In this document: piece by piece, positions 1 through 14,690 of the stretch
Layout: each line of letters begins with the position of its first letter
How positions within the stretch are numbered: the stretch's first letter is position 1
NCBI RefSeq assembly: GCF_018977255.1
Contig: NW_024704742.1
Coordinates: forward strand, 48,486,001 to 48,550,000
Direction of reading: 5' to 3'
DNA from: Callorhinchus milii
Lineage: Eukaryota
DNA length: 64,000 nucleotides
Notes under the pieces: model-generated
Told to the model about the DNA's origin: nothing
Database searches by the model: none
Seen by the model: only the letters and a program-made list of their open reading frames with translations
Program-made: the position numbers and the translations under genes

Positions 1-3000
1 TGTATCCTCGCTGTGGATCCCCAAGGGCAAATAGCACAGCTTTGCTGCAGGCAACGTTCCTGTCACACAAATACAATTATCTATACGTTTGTAATCCTGG
101 AAAACAATATAAAAATAATCTCCTACTGAAGTGTTCAAAACCACAATGCCAAGGATTTTCACAGCCGAAACCAATGTTATTTGAGGTTGAATCCTCAGAC
201 AGGGAATTGAAAATGCACACACTATGCTGTAGAAGCTCTTTTTCTTGCGTGAAAGAAGACAGTAGAGTTGGGCTACAGGAGAGCAGGCTGCTGCTGTGTC
301 TGCACAGTGAATCGCTGGTTTAGTGAATGCCTCTCTAAACAGCTGATAACCTCAGGCAAAACTCCTCTGTTTTACACATTTTTAAAATTTTATTAAAAAA
401 TATTATTCAAAGCTTGTTGCACAGTTGCATGGTACCAGTATACCCAGGCTGACAAGAACCTGGATAATTGGGCTTCTGAGAGGCCTTTAACAAGGCATCT
501 TTGTTGTTCTCATAATGAATCCTTCCAGAGCAATGATTACAATGCTTACATTGAAAGGGGAATCCAAAGCAACAAGGACACAACTGGGCAAGTGAGGACA
601 CAGGCATGTAGTCAATGCACTGTCGCGAGCTGTGACATTTATTTCTACTCATATATCTTCCTTGATCCCTAGCCGTTGGTGTAAACTTTCAGGGCTAGCC
701 TACAGAGGTGGGCTGATACCTCAGGGCCCCCTGGCCAGAAAAACACAAAAGCCAACGTTCCATTTCTCTTACTGTCCTGGGTGCTGTTGCCTAGGGAAGT
801 GGAATGAAGACCCACTCTGGGACTTGGAGATAAATGCCTCCAGAGACCAGATTTCAGCCAGCAGCAACGCTGCAATATAAACTTGGTGTTAACTATCAGC
901 ACTGCATAATGGGAGTTCCTATAGGAGACGTTAATGTTGTGTCCCAAAGGTGGGTCTTCTGTTCACTTTCTTAGGCATCACTGTATAGTGGGAATTCCTG
1001 TATCAATATATACAGAAATTATTCTTATCCATTAAATGCATAATATTAATGTCAATAGTTCATCATAAAAACATTCACTGGCTAGGTAAACATAACGAAC
1101 ACTGATGCAGAGCTTGCTGAAACGTCCTGAGACGTGGAAGAGATAAAGTGGTTGTCAAATTTGTCCCATTTGCTCTGCAGATGTTCCTGAAGGCTTTCGT
1201 TTTTGTGTGTGGAGGAGAACAGCAGGCACATTCTTAACTCTGTGAATACCACGTTTAAATTAATATTTATTTGTCAGTGCAACAGTTGAAGCACCCAATG
1301 TTCCTCCAAACCGCATGATTGTACCTAGAAAAATGTCAGATATTTGCACAAACAGCAGTCAGATCCACTGCATTTGCATCAGGTATTCCTTTCACTGCCT
1401 TTCACATCGGGCGAACAAGCTGCCCTGGTAAAAGAGTCAAGCAGCTACCCTTCCTACTCTGACAAAAAGGCTCCATAACATGCCCCCTCAGCATGCACAC
1501 GCACACACACACACACACAGACCCAGTGTAATGGTTGTGTCTAGAGATTCTTGTGTTGCCATTGCTGTTTTAGATCTTTGATCACATAACTGAATGTGAG
1601 AAATGAGTCAACCCTTTTGTCTGGGCCTTGAGCCAGGCAGGTCCTCCAAATCACTGCTGATGACAGACAATTCAGTATGGCTTGTCAGTAGGATTTGGAA
1701 AGGGCAAACTAGTCAATGGAGCAAGGATTCTTCCCATCCAGTTCCTGTTAACCCTGCAAGCCAAAGCCCTAACAGCTAGAATGGTCCAAACTGGACAAGC
1801 AACAGGATGCTTGCCAGTCAAAGCTTTCACTGGCAAGTTGTGTGTTTTTAGCTGGCTAAACAACACATATTTGGGGTCCATAAGCCTTGGTTCTTGCAAT
1901 CTGCATCTAATACTTTCGAGGGCAAGCAGGGTACATCCTCTCCAGAGAGACTGCTCATTTAATTTCCAGCCACAGGGACATTTCCACGTATAGGTGGCAT
2001 ATACACAGTATGTGAAACTTTCAGTCTGATTTGGATACTCTTAAGGGTATAATTCTGTACATTTTTTTTGAAATATGGCTCATGTATTTTTTAAAAAGGT
2101 GTGGCAGTAGTTGTAGTCATTGTAAATTCTTCCACTTCACCATTGATCACTTTTACTTTGGGTCCTAGGAACAAGTGAATAGGTAACAGGAGCCGCTTCA
2201 TTTCAAACGTACATCAAGTCACCAGTTCAATGACTCCAGTGCCATTTTTACTGTTGTCGCGTCAACTGTCCTTCGAGGAAGAAGCCTGGAAGCTGCCAAC
2301 CTTGAGATTAATGCTCAGCTGGGAAATTCAGTTTGTATTGAAATCTCGATAGTACTTCCACGCTGTTTTTCCTTACAGACCGAATTAGAATAATCATGTA
2401 CTTCTTTTCAAATGAAAGTAGAGTAAATTTAAGGGACAAAGAGGAAACACTATGTGTGGCTTAGCTCAAGCTTACACTATAATCATTTGTACTCAGTGAA
2501 ACCTCTTTCCGAAGCATTGCTTTGTGTTCCATAATAAAGGACAGACACAACTCAGGCTCACCCTCCAATCCAATTCACCTCTTTAGCTGCCACCCATATA
2601 CCCTTCAAACTTCAGGGCCCTAAGGCATGCCTTAGTTGATTTATTGGTTAATCTGTCCCTGTCAACTGATAGGTCATTCAAGTTGAACTGTTTGTTTGGA
2701 GGATAGCTCCAGTTATCATCTTTGTAAAATAACTTGAAACTGAACAGTTAGAATGAATAATTCTTTAAGATAATAATCAAATCCTTTCATTTGATATAGA
2801 GTCTTTCACATCAGGGTAATATCTCAAAGCGGATCACAGGATTTCCCTGTAAAGAGTAGTGACTGTATTTTGTAGACAGAAACAACGTTTAGAAGGAAAT
2901 TCTATTGGCAAAAAGCCTACATCTACTCTATGTCATCCTATATCCAAGTTGCTCTCTCTAGCTCCTCTTGAGAAAGTAGTGTTTTATTGCTGGTATCAGC

Positions 3001-6000
3001 AGTTCCATAGTAATTCAACAGTTCCAAAGGAACTAGTACCATTCGATACTTTGCCAAAGTGACTTCTCTTTGTGTCTGATCCTAAACAGTGAGTACAACC
3101 GAGCTATTTGACTGTGAAGTGATCACAGTCAAACCCGATCCTGTTTTCTGCTGACATTCACACACATTCACTTTCCAGTGTTGAGGAGGAAGTCATTGGG
3201 AATCGGAGCAGGTAGCTTGGCTTATTTTTACTCTGCATAATCCAGTGGACCATGCCAATTCCAGATGTCCCTTTCTCCACTGCTAAGAATTCACCCAAGC
3301 CAGGGATCTAAGTCTCTTGATCTGGAATGCTTAATATAACATCAGACTGTTCGTTTACCTACATATCAGAGGGCTCTTATTTGTCCAATTTCTGAAAGGT
3401 GTCAGCCTGGCTCAGTGGCAACACTGTACATCAGTCACAAGGTTCAAGCCACAGGTCAATACTTTGAACTCACAGTCTGGGCTGATATTCCAAAACATGG
3501 CCATTTACTTCATGGCTGTTTCTGGGACATTGCTGTGCACATATTGGCTGCTGCCTCGCTTACAAAATCACTTCACCACCTTTCACAGTAAATCTTATGA
3601 AGTGCTTTGAGACACCCTCCTGACATGAAAGATGTTATATCAAAGGCAAACATTATTAATATAATGGATTTCCTTAACAAGCAATCTGACTCAACAGTGT
3701 CTGCTTCCGATAAGCAGAAGTATGTCATGGCAACCTGGGGAAACTCCATGCTGACCTTTAAGCATGCAGGATAAGAATTGTGATTTTTAAATATTAACTT
3801 AATGTAAATGCTGCTTAGTTATTGTGTCCATTCTGACTCTTTCCTATTGCAATTAAACAAAATTAGTACACCACACTACATAAACACACACACACAAACA
3901 CACATAAAACACTCCTTGTATCTGTGTTAGTAATTTAGAAGCAAGCCGGATCTGACGCTTTTACTAAGCATATGGCAGGACTGGAAATAAAGGGGTGTGA
4001 TCTTTGGGAACTGAGTATCATCTGGAAATAGGCCAGGAACACAAAAACAAGCAAAAGGAACAAGGCCTTCAGGGACTGGCATCGGGCCCATTCATTGTAC
4101 TGAATGTCACTGTGGCAGGACTGAAACAGTACTTAAGTAATAGGACACTCATCTCATTCCTAATATACCACCCACAGCAGTGAGGAATCTCATTTGTAGT
4201 TAGTCAGGCTGACATAACAAAGCACGAAAGAGAAAAGGTTATTAGGCCCATTAATCGTGCTCCTACTCCTTCACAGACTCTGTCCAGCTCATTTAATCCA
4301 CCAAGGATAAGATCTGTAAAAAATTCTCTCAGATCTCATCAAAAGTAAAGCAACCAACATTCCAGCATTTCTAACCTTATATCCTGCTTTGATCATTCTT
4401 CACTACTTTGCCTTGGTTCCATCACCTCAAGAAAAATCATGTAGCTGAGAGTAATTCATCACCTCAATCCATACATCTCTCTATGAACTTCATTCCCATT
4501 CTTAACCAAGAGATTTCTCCAGCATTTGTTTCAAAGGTGTTAATTGACACAGTTCAAGGTCAATCTACATCTACATTCATAACAGTCAAAATAAAATATT
4601 TTGAATGTTTTAAATCTTATTTTGCTCCACACAAATTCCTCTATTCCTCCTCAGTCACTTAATTGCTTAGAATTCATTCACTGGCCTCTTTTTTAGCCTT
4701 TTAATGTTGTCTGCCTTCAAAGAGGTGTAAAATGTGTAAAAAGTGTAACACACACTTTTAAGATGCTGCATAATTATAAATTATGAACATTGCTCAAGTA
4801 TCACTATTTGAAAAGAGAAGGGAGTTTCTCCCAGAATTCCAACCAACAATCCTCCAGGGAAATTGTTTATTCCCCTCACTTCTGTTCGTGAAACATTGCT
4901 GTGTGTAAATACAGTCACTACACTTAACAGTAATTTCTTGTGAAGCTCTTTTGAGACATTTCGACCTGATAAGGTGCCATAAAAATGCAAGGTTCTCTCC
5001 TTTCAACTCATCTTGTCACAAGTAGGTTTGCCATCAACAGGACCCATAATGAACAGAGAGCAACAGTGATGTCAGTCACAAGTCAGAACAGTGCTGGCAA
5101 ACAGGCATCAGAGAGACCCACTGTAAAGTAAGTCCACATCACATGCTCAACTTATATCTTCAAAAAATAAGGGTGCAAATTATACACTGCTGCAAAACGA
5201 CAGGATTTAACTACAATGAAATACAAACAGAGTGAGACCTATACACCCCAGATCAAAAATGTTTCCAAGTAAACAACACAGCCTTTGTTTGCCCGCTCCG
5301 AACATTCAACAACAAGTTACATTTATATATAAATTTTCTTCTTTAATAAATATATCAAAGAGCTTTACAAGAACAACATATATTTATTTAACCCCCTTCA
5401 CATAGGATAACATCTTGGAACATTTCACAAAGATGGAGTCAGGCATTGAGCAACAAAGAATAAGGAGATAACTGTGGGTCCAGTCGAAAATATAGGTTTT
5501 TGACAGCATTTAAAGGCAGATAGAGGGAGGCCAAGATAGAGGGGTAAAGGGAAGACGTTCCTGTGCTTAGGGGTGCAGTTGCTGAAGATCTGGTCACCGA
5601 TAGCAGGCGCAAATTATTTAATTACAGAGTAAAACTAATTGGAATTGAAGGGAATGTTACTATGTGGGCATAGTTCCACCAGTAACTTCCTATGAGACGT
5701 TTGTTGGATGGGCTGTGTTTAAGCCCTGAACAGAATCTTGCCTCAACAGCACTAGTTTGATTTTATTCCCATATTCCCTCATGTTAGTACAGCAACAACA
5801 TTTTTGGCAAATTAATTTTTAACACTTGTCAACACTGTCAAATTTCCACCCATGCCTGAGTTGTGGAGGGCACTGGAAAGGGGAGTCTTTCAGCCGTGGC
5901 TAACAAGGGCAGGCTTCAAGTCCAGAGAGAGATTTGTCAGGAACATGAAGTAACCATCTAAAGGTTTGATCAGCTAGTTCTTTAGATAACTTGTAACCTT

Positions 6001-7334
6001 GTCTAATATGCAGCGGGAGAAAGATGTCTGAGCGCGATTCCACGGACTGAGTGCTGATAAAAGCTTTTTGCTGTTCCTTGCACTGCACTCAGCGGCAGAT
6101 TTCGCTTTCGTAAGTTCCAAACTTCTCAATATGTCAGATTGCATTGCTGATCACTCTCTTGGCATGTTGGCCTGAAAAGAATAACAAAACTTCCAATAGC
6201 GCTGAACAGCCATAAGAATCAGGCTATGCACTGCACTGTACTCCTGTGAATTATATATGTTCTGTTGCACTCATATATTAGGTTTGCTGGGCTGGGAAGC
6301 GATGGACATAGTTGCGCTAATAAAGTGCTCAGATAGGAACATGATGTGTACATAGTGGAAGCTCCAAAAAGCACATCTTGGGACATCTCTTGCAAGGAAT
6401 CCTATGTGCACCAGGCCAACTCGAGCAAATTCTACTCTGAGTGCCTCTTCAACCCCATTCTCATACATATCAAGTTCAATAATAATGAAAATGTAATAAT
6501 ATAAAAATATAATAATAATAATTATATAAAAATGTACACCATTAAGCATTATTTTTTTAAAAGTTAGCGTATAAGCAGCAAGCAAGATGGATTTCATATA
6601 ATTTCTAACACCTAGATCAGTCTGACCGAGACTGAACAACCTGTTTGAAGTTTGGCTGGTACAGGTGAGCAGCTTTATAATCAGAAAAATGTCTTGCTGT
6701 TAATCTGTTAAATGACGACGTGAAATCACTATGTATATGAAAACACACTGCTCAAAACCCAGTGATATGAGGCCGAGATAGTAAAGCCATTGACCTCACA
6801 TCTGCATTCAGTTATCCCGTGCAGCAACTTGACTCGAAGCATAACTACCTGTCTCTTTCCAAACAATGAGCCAAACTGAGAGTAGTACTTTATGCACCAT
6901 TTACACAGGGCTTTGCTTGGCTTATGAAACATGTAGTGAATAAAACAGTGCGTGACCTTAAAGTGAGTTCAGCTTCTGGGGCAATCAGTCCCAGGCATGG
7001 ATTTGCATTGCATTTGCACAGGATTGTGAATCAATTCAAGCTCTGCTCAGAAAAGGATCAATCCATGTGAAAATATATGTGGCACAACTTTTAAGGTATT
7101 TAATTGATCACTTAAATGTCCTTAAAGTGCTGAACATTCTCTTTAAAAATATCATGCAAGTGCCAGACAATGGAACAGCTCCTCAGAGCAGGTGGAAGTG
7201 CTAATTGTAACCCAATATTCTCCATGTCTGGAAGCAAACCTGTTTATAACCAGAGCTCAAAGTCAGTTACTGTGATGGAAATATAGTATTTTTTAATTCT
7301 ATTTTAATAGTTGCAGATAAAACCTCAATTTAAC

Positions 7335-7530
7335 AGTATAATATCACACCAGAGCACAGGCCTACCCCAATGCTATAATAGTACAGCAGAAAGCAGAACA
7401 TAACCCAATGATATTACACTACACCAGAACACAAAACTCAATGATATCATACTCCAGAACATAGAACATAACCTAATAGTATCATACTCTTGAACTCAGA
7501 ACCCAATGAGATGACGCTATATCTGAACAT
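7335..7530. repeat. Degenerate minisatellite, about 30-37 bp unit (ccagaaca.agaacataacccaatgatatcatact)
   Basis: About 5-6 imperfect tandem units read directly. Confidence 0.7.
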
Positions 7531-7552
7531 CAAATCTCTGAAAAAAACTTAC

Positions 7553-7680
7553 CGACCGTTGTCACGGCCGACACCCCAGACACGAATGCTCACAATTGGT
7601 TGAGAGTGAAGAATGGTGCGGTCCATTGGGTCGATTAGATCCAACATATTGTTCTCCAGGATGAGGTACATATCCTTGCC
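7553..7680 (-). CDS. APBB2: APBB2 exon, PTB1 middle
   Basis: GKDMYLILENNMLDLIDPMDRTILHSQPIVSIRVWGVGRDNG(R). Acceptor accag|GGC, donor CG|gtaagt; 128 nt, phase 0/2. The next exon (DFAYVARD...) was not found in the window. Confidence 0.95.
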
Positions 7681-8064
7681 CTGGTGTTTGACAAGAGAAT
7701 AAGTCAGGTCACCATCCACTCAACATTCTTCAGGCTGTTCAGTCTATGTGGAAACTTTCATATTTCATTAGGGAACAAGTTGTGTTTATATTAAGTTAGT
7801 ATTTGCAGCACAGAAACGGCACAGAATAATAATTTGAAGAGCACAATACTGTTATTGGAATCATTAAATGGGCTGAACTTCCTCTTGTAGCAGATGACAC
7901 AAGATTCCCTGCTCTCTTGCTGACAGAAAACTGCAAGAGTTAATTCGCATTGAAAGTGATTTTATTAGAACTCTGCTGGATATGGTCATGTAGAGGGTAA
8001 AGCACCACCTGCTGCAACACTAGGCTATACTGACTAAGGTTGCAGGTACATGTTAGGTTAGTGG

Positions 8065-8381
8065 ATAATAATAATAATCCTTGCATTTGATATAGTGCTT
8101 TTCAGGTCTTCTAGACGTCTCAAAGCGCTTCACAGAATATATTGTAAAGTGAATTGATTGTATATTTGTGGGCGAAACGCGGCAGCCAATTGCACACAGC
8201 AGTGTCCCACAAACAGTCGTGGATTGAAAATGACCAATTTATTATTGTTTTGTTTTGGAGCGATTATTATTAGGCCTGTGGAGTAAGGAAATTTGCCCAA
8301 GGTTTCGCCCTGCCTGGAATTGAACCACAGGTGTCTCGCTTGTAAGGCAAGTGCTCTAACCACTGAGCTACAGAACTCCAC
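8065..8381 (-). mobile_element. Same tRNA-SINE family, short variant, full length
   Basis: Head, Deu-like core and (ATT)n tail are all present on the minus strand. Confidence 0.9.
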
Positions 8382-10344
8382 ACTCTCAGCTCCCTATGTT
8401 TAAATAATCTTCTGCACTCACTGTCAAGATACTGAGAATAGTGCCACAGGGAGTGGGGGTAGTGGGGTCCCTCACATATTATTCCCAATCATTACATTAA
8501 ACCATGTGTTATATCTCGATGGCCAAGAGAAATCCTGAACACACCTGGAATCCCTCCATTCCAGCACTGGCACTGATCACTCTGGACATGCTAAGGATTC
8601 AGTAAATCAAACCATTAAGAAGGACAGAGGACAAAGTGACTTTTGGACTGTGACGGTCAGGTTAACTCCCTTTTTTTAAAAACGTAATAATCGGACAGGT
8701 AGTTGATAATAAAATCACATTAGCAATTCTGCTGTTCACACAACCTGCCCAAGGCATATTAATTCATTAAAGTCTCTATTTAACAACACCCTCTGATGAG
8801 ACAACATTCCTTAAATGTCAGGATCCATTTCCAAACAAAACCTAAATGTCAACTTCCCATTGGGCTTTCAATTTTAAACAACTATTGAGAGAAGTTTTAA
8901 GAGTCATAGGGACATACAGAGTTTGAGGACTGGGAAAGGGCATTGCAACTGGTTTACCTGGATGATCCCAAAGCAAATAATAACTATGGTAACTCATTTA
9001 TTACCCTGTCCCACAGTCCCCAATCGAATTCCTTCCTAAATAGCCATCTAATTCCCTCCTAAATTTCCTGATAAAATCTGCCCCCATAAATCTGACCCCC
9101 ACCCCGCCTGGTCTCACTGGCTCCCCATCCGCTTCGCCTTTAAAGTCCTCCACAGACTTGTTCTGCCCTATCTTTATGACTCCTAAAATCCTACCAACCT
9201 ATCCACTCCCTCTGCTTGGCAGGTACTCACCTGCTCTACATTCCTGTCAGCTCCTTTTAGCCTTTCTGCACCCACCCTCTAGAACTCCGTTCTGGCGTCC
9301 CTCCGCCTTGCCCCCTCCTTTGCCTCCATCAAGGCTCTTCTCAAGACCTTTCTCTTCAACCACGCCTTCGGTCACCTTCCCACCACCACCACCCTTGCCC
9401 TACACCCTCTTGACTCCAGTCCGCAGCTCAGGTGCAAACCCTTAACTGTACAGCACCTACTGACATCCTACCAACGTGATAGGCACTATATAGATGCAAT
9501 TTTTTTATGTTATTGTTGCCTCTACCATCCAATTAATATATGCACCACTTTGTGCACAGCACTCAAATCTATATTGTCCTTTCACAGCTTTAATTATAAT
9601 TTCTATGAATTTTTCAAAGATGTATTTCGTTCGCTTGGGTTTTGCTTCTGTAGTTTCCTACTGGCCTCCAAAGCACCAATTTACATCAATCAAATCATAT
9701 CCGCTCCAAAATCCTGTTAAGTGAATTCTTTTATCACTCAACTTACAGATGTTAGTTACTGAAGCTTGAATCACAAGTCTGTGAAAATGCTGCTGGGTTT
9801 CTCTTTTAGTGATCAAACACAAGGAAGAGCATTCTTACTCTGGAACTGTTATCCATTAGAAATAAATGTATGCAAGAAAGTGGGAAACAGATGGCAAAGA
9901 ATTCAGTGTGCATTTTTGACAAACAGCTGTGGTGAGCAGCAGACTGCTCACTGTGCAATGTGCTTCACTACAATGAAGGGTTTGACCAAGAAACAATGCT
10001 ATCCATGGCGGGGGAAAAACACAGTTGAAGAATCACTTTATTTTAGTGGGATTCACCAATAGGGACTCAGTGTTCCTAAAGGTGAATTCTACACACAATA
10101 CATCACTGCCAATTGCCAGGATCTCTGCTCCGAAGCATTGGAAGTAGATGGTATGTTGTGCAGATCCTGTGAGTCGCTATGATGGACTGCCAATAACCGG
10201 CAGGATTTCCTGTTGTGATGTACTTTCGCTGACCCTGAGGACACTCTGGGCCCTGTTAGTGTATCTTGCTGTGAATCCTAATTATTTGCCGTCCGGCATG
10301 GAGGGTGCTATATAAATCCAAGTTGTTGTTGTTGTTGTTCTTAC

Positions 10345-10491
10345 CTCTCCCCAAATCCCAACTGTGTCCCTGATATCATTCTTGCAGTAGGACAGTTGCC
10401 GGATGCAGTTGTTCACAGCTACACTGCTCTTGCCAGGTGCTAGATCTTCTTCTGCCATTTCCACCCAGCCCAAGGAGCGCACAGCAAAGCA
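10345..10491 (-). CDS. APBB2: APBB2 exon, start of PTB1/PID1 domain
   Basis: [49 protein letters not shown]. Acceptor tttcag|TGC, donor GAG|gtaaga; 147 nt, phase 0/0. Confidence 0.96.
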
Positions 10492-13400
10492 CTGAAATTC
10501 ACAGAACAATCAGGTATTAAAATCCAAACACAGCACAAGGTCTTATTTGGTCACTCAATCCACGACTGTTTGTGGGACACTGCAAGGTCCAATTGTCAAT
10601 TCACTTTACAATATATTCTGTGAAGCGGTTTCAGATATCTCAACGATGTGATGAGGTGCTTTATCAAATGCAACGATTATTATTATTATTAAAACATTTG
10701 AGCAGCATAATTAAAATGTATTTTTGTTCAAAAAGGTATATTTTTAACCTATTCAAGAAATATGTTTTGAAATGATGCAAACGGCAGTACAGTATCTTGA
10801 TCATGTACAGCACAGTGGGATACAGATTACCAATAGCTTTCTGTTGAGCAATTCCATATTGTACTCAAGACTTAAACCTGTTTTAAAAGGTCATCTAAAG
10901 TCAGTGTAAAAGAACCATCAGAGACTGGCTTAACTACATATGTAAATAGCAGTCACTATACCCCTAAGCTCCTGATTAAAACATGGTAAAAATGTATTAA
11001 TGAACGTCAGTAAAAAAAATCCAACTGACTCAGTTTACTAATGGGATAGAATCACAGTTTCTCAGAACAGTCCTTATGTCTAAACTACATCCTCCTCCTC
11101 CCTTGCTGCTCTGATTCCATTATAGATTGAAACGTGAAGACAGAGTTACTGTATTTTCTATCAAGTACAATCTGATCTTGTTATAGGAACGCAGGAACAG
11201 GAGTAGGTCGAGCCTGTTCTGTTATTTTCATAAATCATTGCTGATCAGTAACTTAATACCATTTGCCTGTTTTTCTTTAGATAGTCTTACTCACTAACTA
11301 TTTATCTACTTCCTTCTTAAACATTCCCACTGATTTCTTTGCAGCAGTGAATTTCACAATCCCACAACTATTTGAGTAAATAAATCTCTTCTGACATCAC
11401 TACTAGCAGGTCTAGATCATTTTTTAAAAAAAGATTATGTTCGCTTGTTCTGGACTCTACAACCGTAACAATGAGTCTCTTATTTATCCAATCCGCCAAT
11501 TCCCTTTACAATCTTTAACACTTTGATCAGATCATCTCTCAACCTCCTTTGTTCAAGGGAGTTGCAGCCCCAGTTTACCCCATTCTATCCTAACTAAAGA
11601 CCCTTCAATTCAGGTATCATTCAGGTGAATCTACCTTGCGTGGGCTCCAAGAACAACACGTCACAATATGCTAATCACCATTAGCTTTCACCTTAATGTT
11701 TACAATATCAACTTGTTAGCTTCTTCTCAATGGCTATTATTTTCTTGTTCTGGCTCCACTCGCTTTTTCACTGTCCTGTAAAAAAGGCCTCTCTACTCAG
11801 TGATACCAGCTTTGACAGAAGTGTCTAACTCGAAACAAATCATTTATCTATTTCTAACTTTGATCGCCCTTTTGTGGCTATCAGCCCCTTACTGTTTTAT
11901 TTCAGATGTAAGGAAGGGTCTTTAGAATTTACTGAGGGCTGGATTGTGACGTGAAAGGACTATGCTGCCCTCAGGTGGCTATTTGTTGCCATTAATATTT
12001 AACATTATTTAACATTTAACATTTAAATATTAATAAGTCCTTCCACAAATACCATTTACTTTCCATCTTAGACATCTTCATCCTCAGACCAAATCTTTGC
12101 AAATTATCATCGTCCCTGTTCACAGCAGCAACGTCACTATAACAGAGATTAACTATACAATCATAAACCACTGCACATGGAATAAACTTTCAATTATTTC
12201 TGTACATGCTGCCACACTGACAAAAAAGGAGCTTGAAATTGAAATTGTTCTTTGGAATCATTTTCATTGTAAATGGTCCAGGCGCCATAAGGGGGTTGGT
12301 CAAGAATAACCTTGTGATCAATTTGTCAATCAAATGTTATTTAAATGAAAGAAAGATCCATGGGTGTCTTAATAGTGAATGTAAGTGGGATTCAAAGGAT
12401 TGCTCTTAAAAGGACCAGCACAGACACAATGAGCTGAATGGCCTGTCAATTTCTGGCTGTCGTAGGATTCTGTTAATAAATGAACAAGAAAGTTTAAGTG
12501 GATATTCAGGTCACATTATAAAAAGGAAACGTACCTTGCAGAAAAAATAAAAGCCAAGTAAATACAGTATATAGTTATAAGTATGTATGAAAAAAGTGCC
12601 CTTTGGTATTTCTAAACACACAAAGATGCTGAGTGTTAGTTATCGAATTGTTATTACAGATTCAAAATTCAACATATATTCCAATGGGAATTACCAAACA
12701 AGGACTTGCCACAACAAAACCTTCTGATTTGTGATGATCTTGTGAAAAGGATCACCTTGACACTGTTGTTTCATGATACAAAGTCAATTTTAAGCATCTG
12801 AACTCCAGTCTGACTCAACTCTCCCAAAGCAAAGGCTTGAACCAGCACAATTGGTCACTTACTCAGCATTTTGCTGACCTCGGCAATGCTGAAAGCATCT
12901 TGTATCTGATAACATAATCACAAGAAGTTTAGCACTCATGGTATTTGAGGCAGTTAAAGTGACCCCAGCTCTTCACAAGGGCATTGAAGCTGGAAAACAG
13001 CTCTAGAACGATTTCCCCAAATAAGTACTTTGTGAGCCTTTAATTTCAATTTTATCCAAAACTTGGCCGTTCAAATTCTTTCGCTCACTATACTCCATAT
13101 ATCCTTTACCCTCAACCAAGCACTTCAATTGATCTACTTTAAGATTATTTCCCTCCCTATCAATGCAATTGCCTCCAGCTCTCTATGTCTGACTATACTT
13201 CCACATTGTAATACTGGTCTATTATTCACTCCCATTCCTTCCACCCCACCACCATTCATTCAGCTGTTCATGCTCCTTATCCTCTGAAACTCTCTTCCTG
13301 AACCAACAAGAGTGTTAAACTGTAAATCTGAGCCCAGGCTGTGAAAGTTAAACAAAGCCAACATCTTAACAAAAGCAGATTGCAAAATCCATACCAACAG

Positions 13401-14635
13401 CCAACCATTTTGTATGGTTTCTAAGACTTATGATGCCTTCAAAATTTAATCAGCAGCTCTCACCTCCTTCCTACATGAACTGTTTGTGAATTTGACATTA
13501 AAGAGTTATTACCCCAAATGTACATATTGTTATTACTAATATCCACCCTACTGTCCTCCCATCCTAGTTTAACATCAAGCAGAGTTCAGCATGCTGGTCT
13601 CAGCCAGGATTCCTGATAACCTGTTTTAGTCATTAATTACCCTTTGGGTAAAGAAATATTTCCTGGTGTCTGGCTGAAATTTGTACCCCTAAAGCTTGTT
13701 CTGATGTCTTGGCTCATCCGAAAGTAAAGATGTGGGCTTACTTTCTCGATCTCATTTAAAACCACAATCTTAAAAGTCTCAAGTGTCCAGCTTGTTTAGC
13801 TTACTCAATATTTTAATAACGAAACATACTCACTGAAGGAAGAAAACTGATTCTTTCTCCAGTGGATTTCCTTAGCGAGTTTAAATAGAGGTCATTTCCT
13901 CTAGGTGCTGCATTATTTATCTACTGTCAAATGTTGTCAGAAAATGAATATTCAGCAAGGTTTTGGAATCCACTCTGTAAATTGCTCCTGCAAGAATATG
14001 CATTGCTGTACGCATTGGGGCATTAATTACCAGGCATTAGGAGACATTTCATACATTGTGTAAAATCTACATATTGAAACTGGAAGTCTGGAAGTAGAGT
14101 TATGCTTTGTCTTTCAAACTAAATTTAATGGAGGTTTTACAAGTAAGGATTCATAGATAATGACATTACAGCTAATCCCTGCATACCTGCTGCAACAATT
14201 ATTTTTCCAATAAAAGTATTCCAACATCCAGAGGGCAATAAATCATTGGACAAACAACAGCAGAGACCAACCAGAATGATAGATTACAGGAATTTCTTAA
14301 AGGGGAAATTCCTAACAGGTAGATCTAATCCTATGCTGTATGGAGGATGTGAGAATGAAGAAAACCTCAGTGCAATAAAAATGGTAATCCAAATAATTCA
14401 GGGATTAACATGTGAGAACATTAGATCAGGGATTCCCAAACTAGGGTCTGTGTACTGCATGGGGGCCACAAGATGGTTTTAGGAGGGGCCGTGGAGCCGG
14501 GAGACACACTGTAATTGCAAAGGCTATGGAAGTCTAGTTGGAGTATGGAAAACCGTGCAACCCAAGGAAAGAATGAGAAAGGCACGTTCCTATTGTTCCA
14601 GTGCAAGGTATTTCAGGGCCGCCTTTTGTGGAGGC

Positions 14636-14690
14636 TGGAAGGAAGGGAGGGAGGGAGGGAGGGAGGGAGGAAGGGAGGGAGGAAGGGAGG
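14636..14690. repeat. (GGAR)n polypurine microsatellite; similar tract about 24660-24765
   Basis: Seen directly. Confidence 0.85.

Noticed and set aside
4450..4485. tag|AGAGAT|gtatgg as the Fe65 6-nt microexon
   Set aside because: Does not encode ER, lacks a pyrimidine tract, and sits in apparently LINE-like sequence.
5880..6900. Coding-looking minus-strand sequence with an acceptor near 6172
   Set aside because: All frames hit stops and no family was recognised. It may be an old TE; tBLASTx is needed.
12528..12552. AG|GT recursive-splice-like site (ttttttctgcaag|gtacgt, minus strand)
   Set aside because: Weak AAG acceptor and the intron is only about 11 kb; likely chance.
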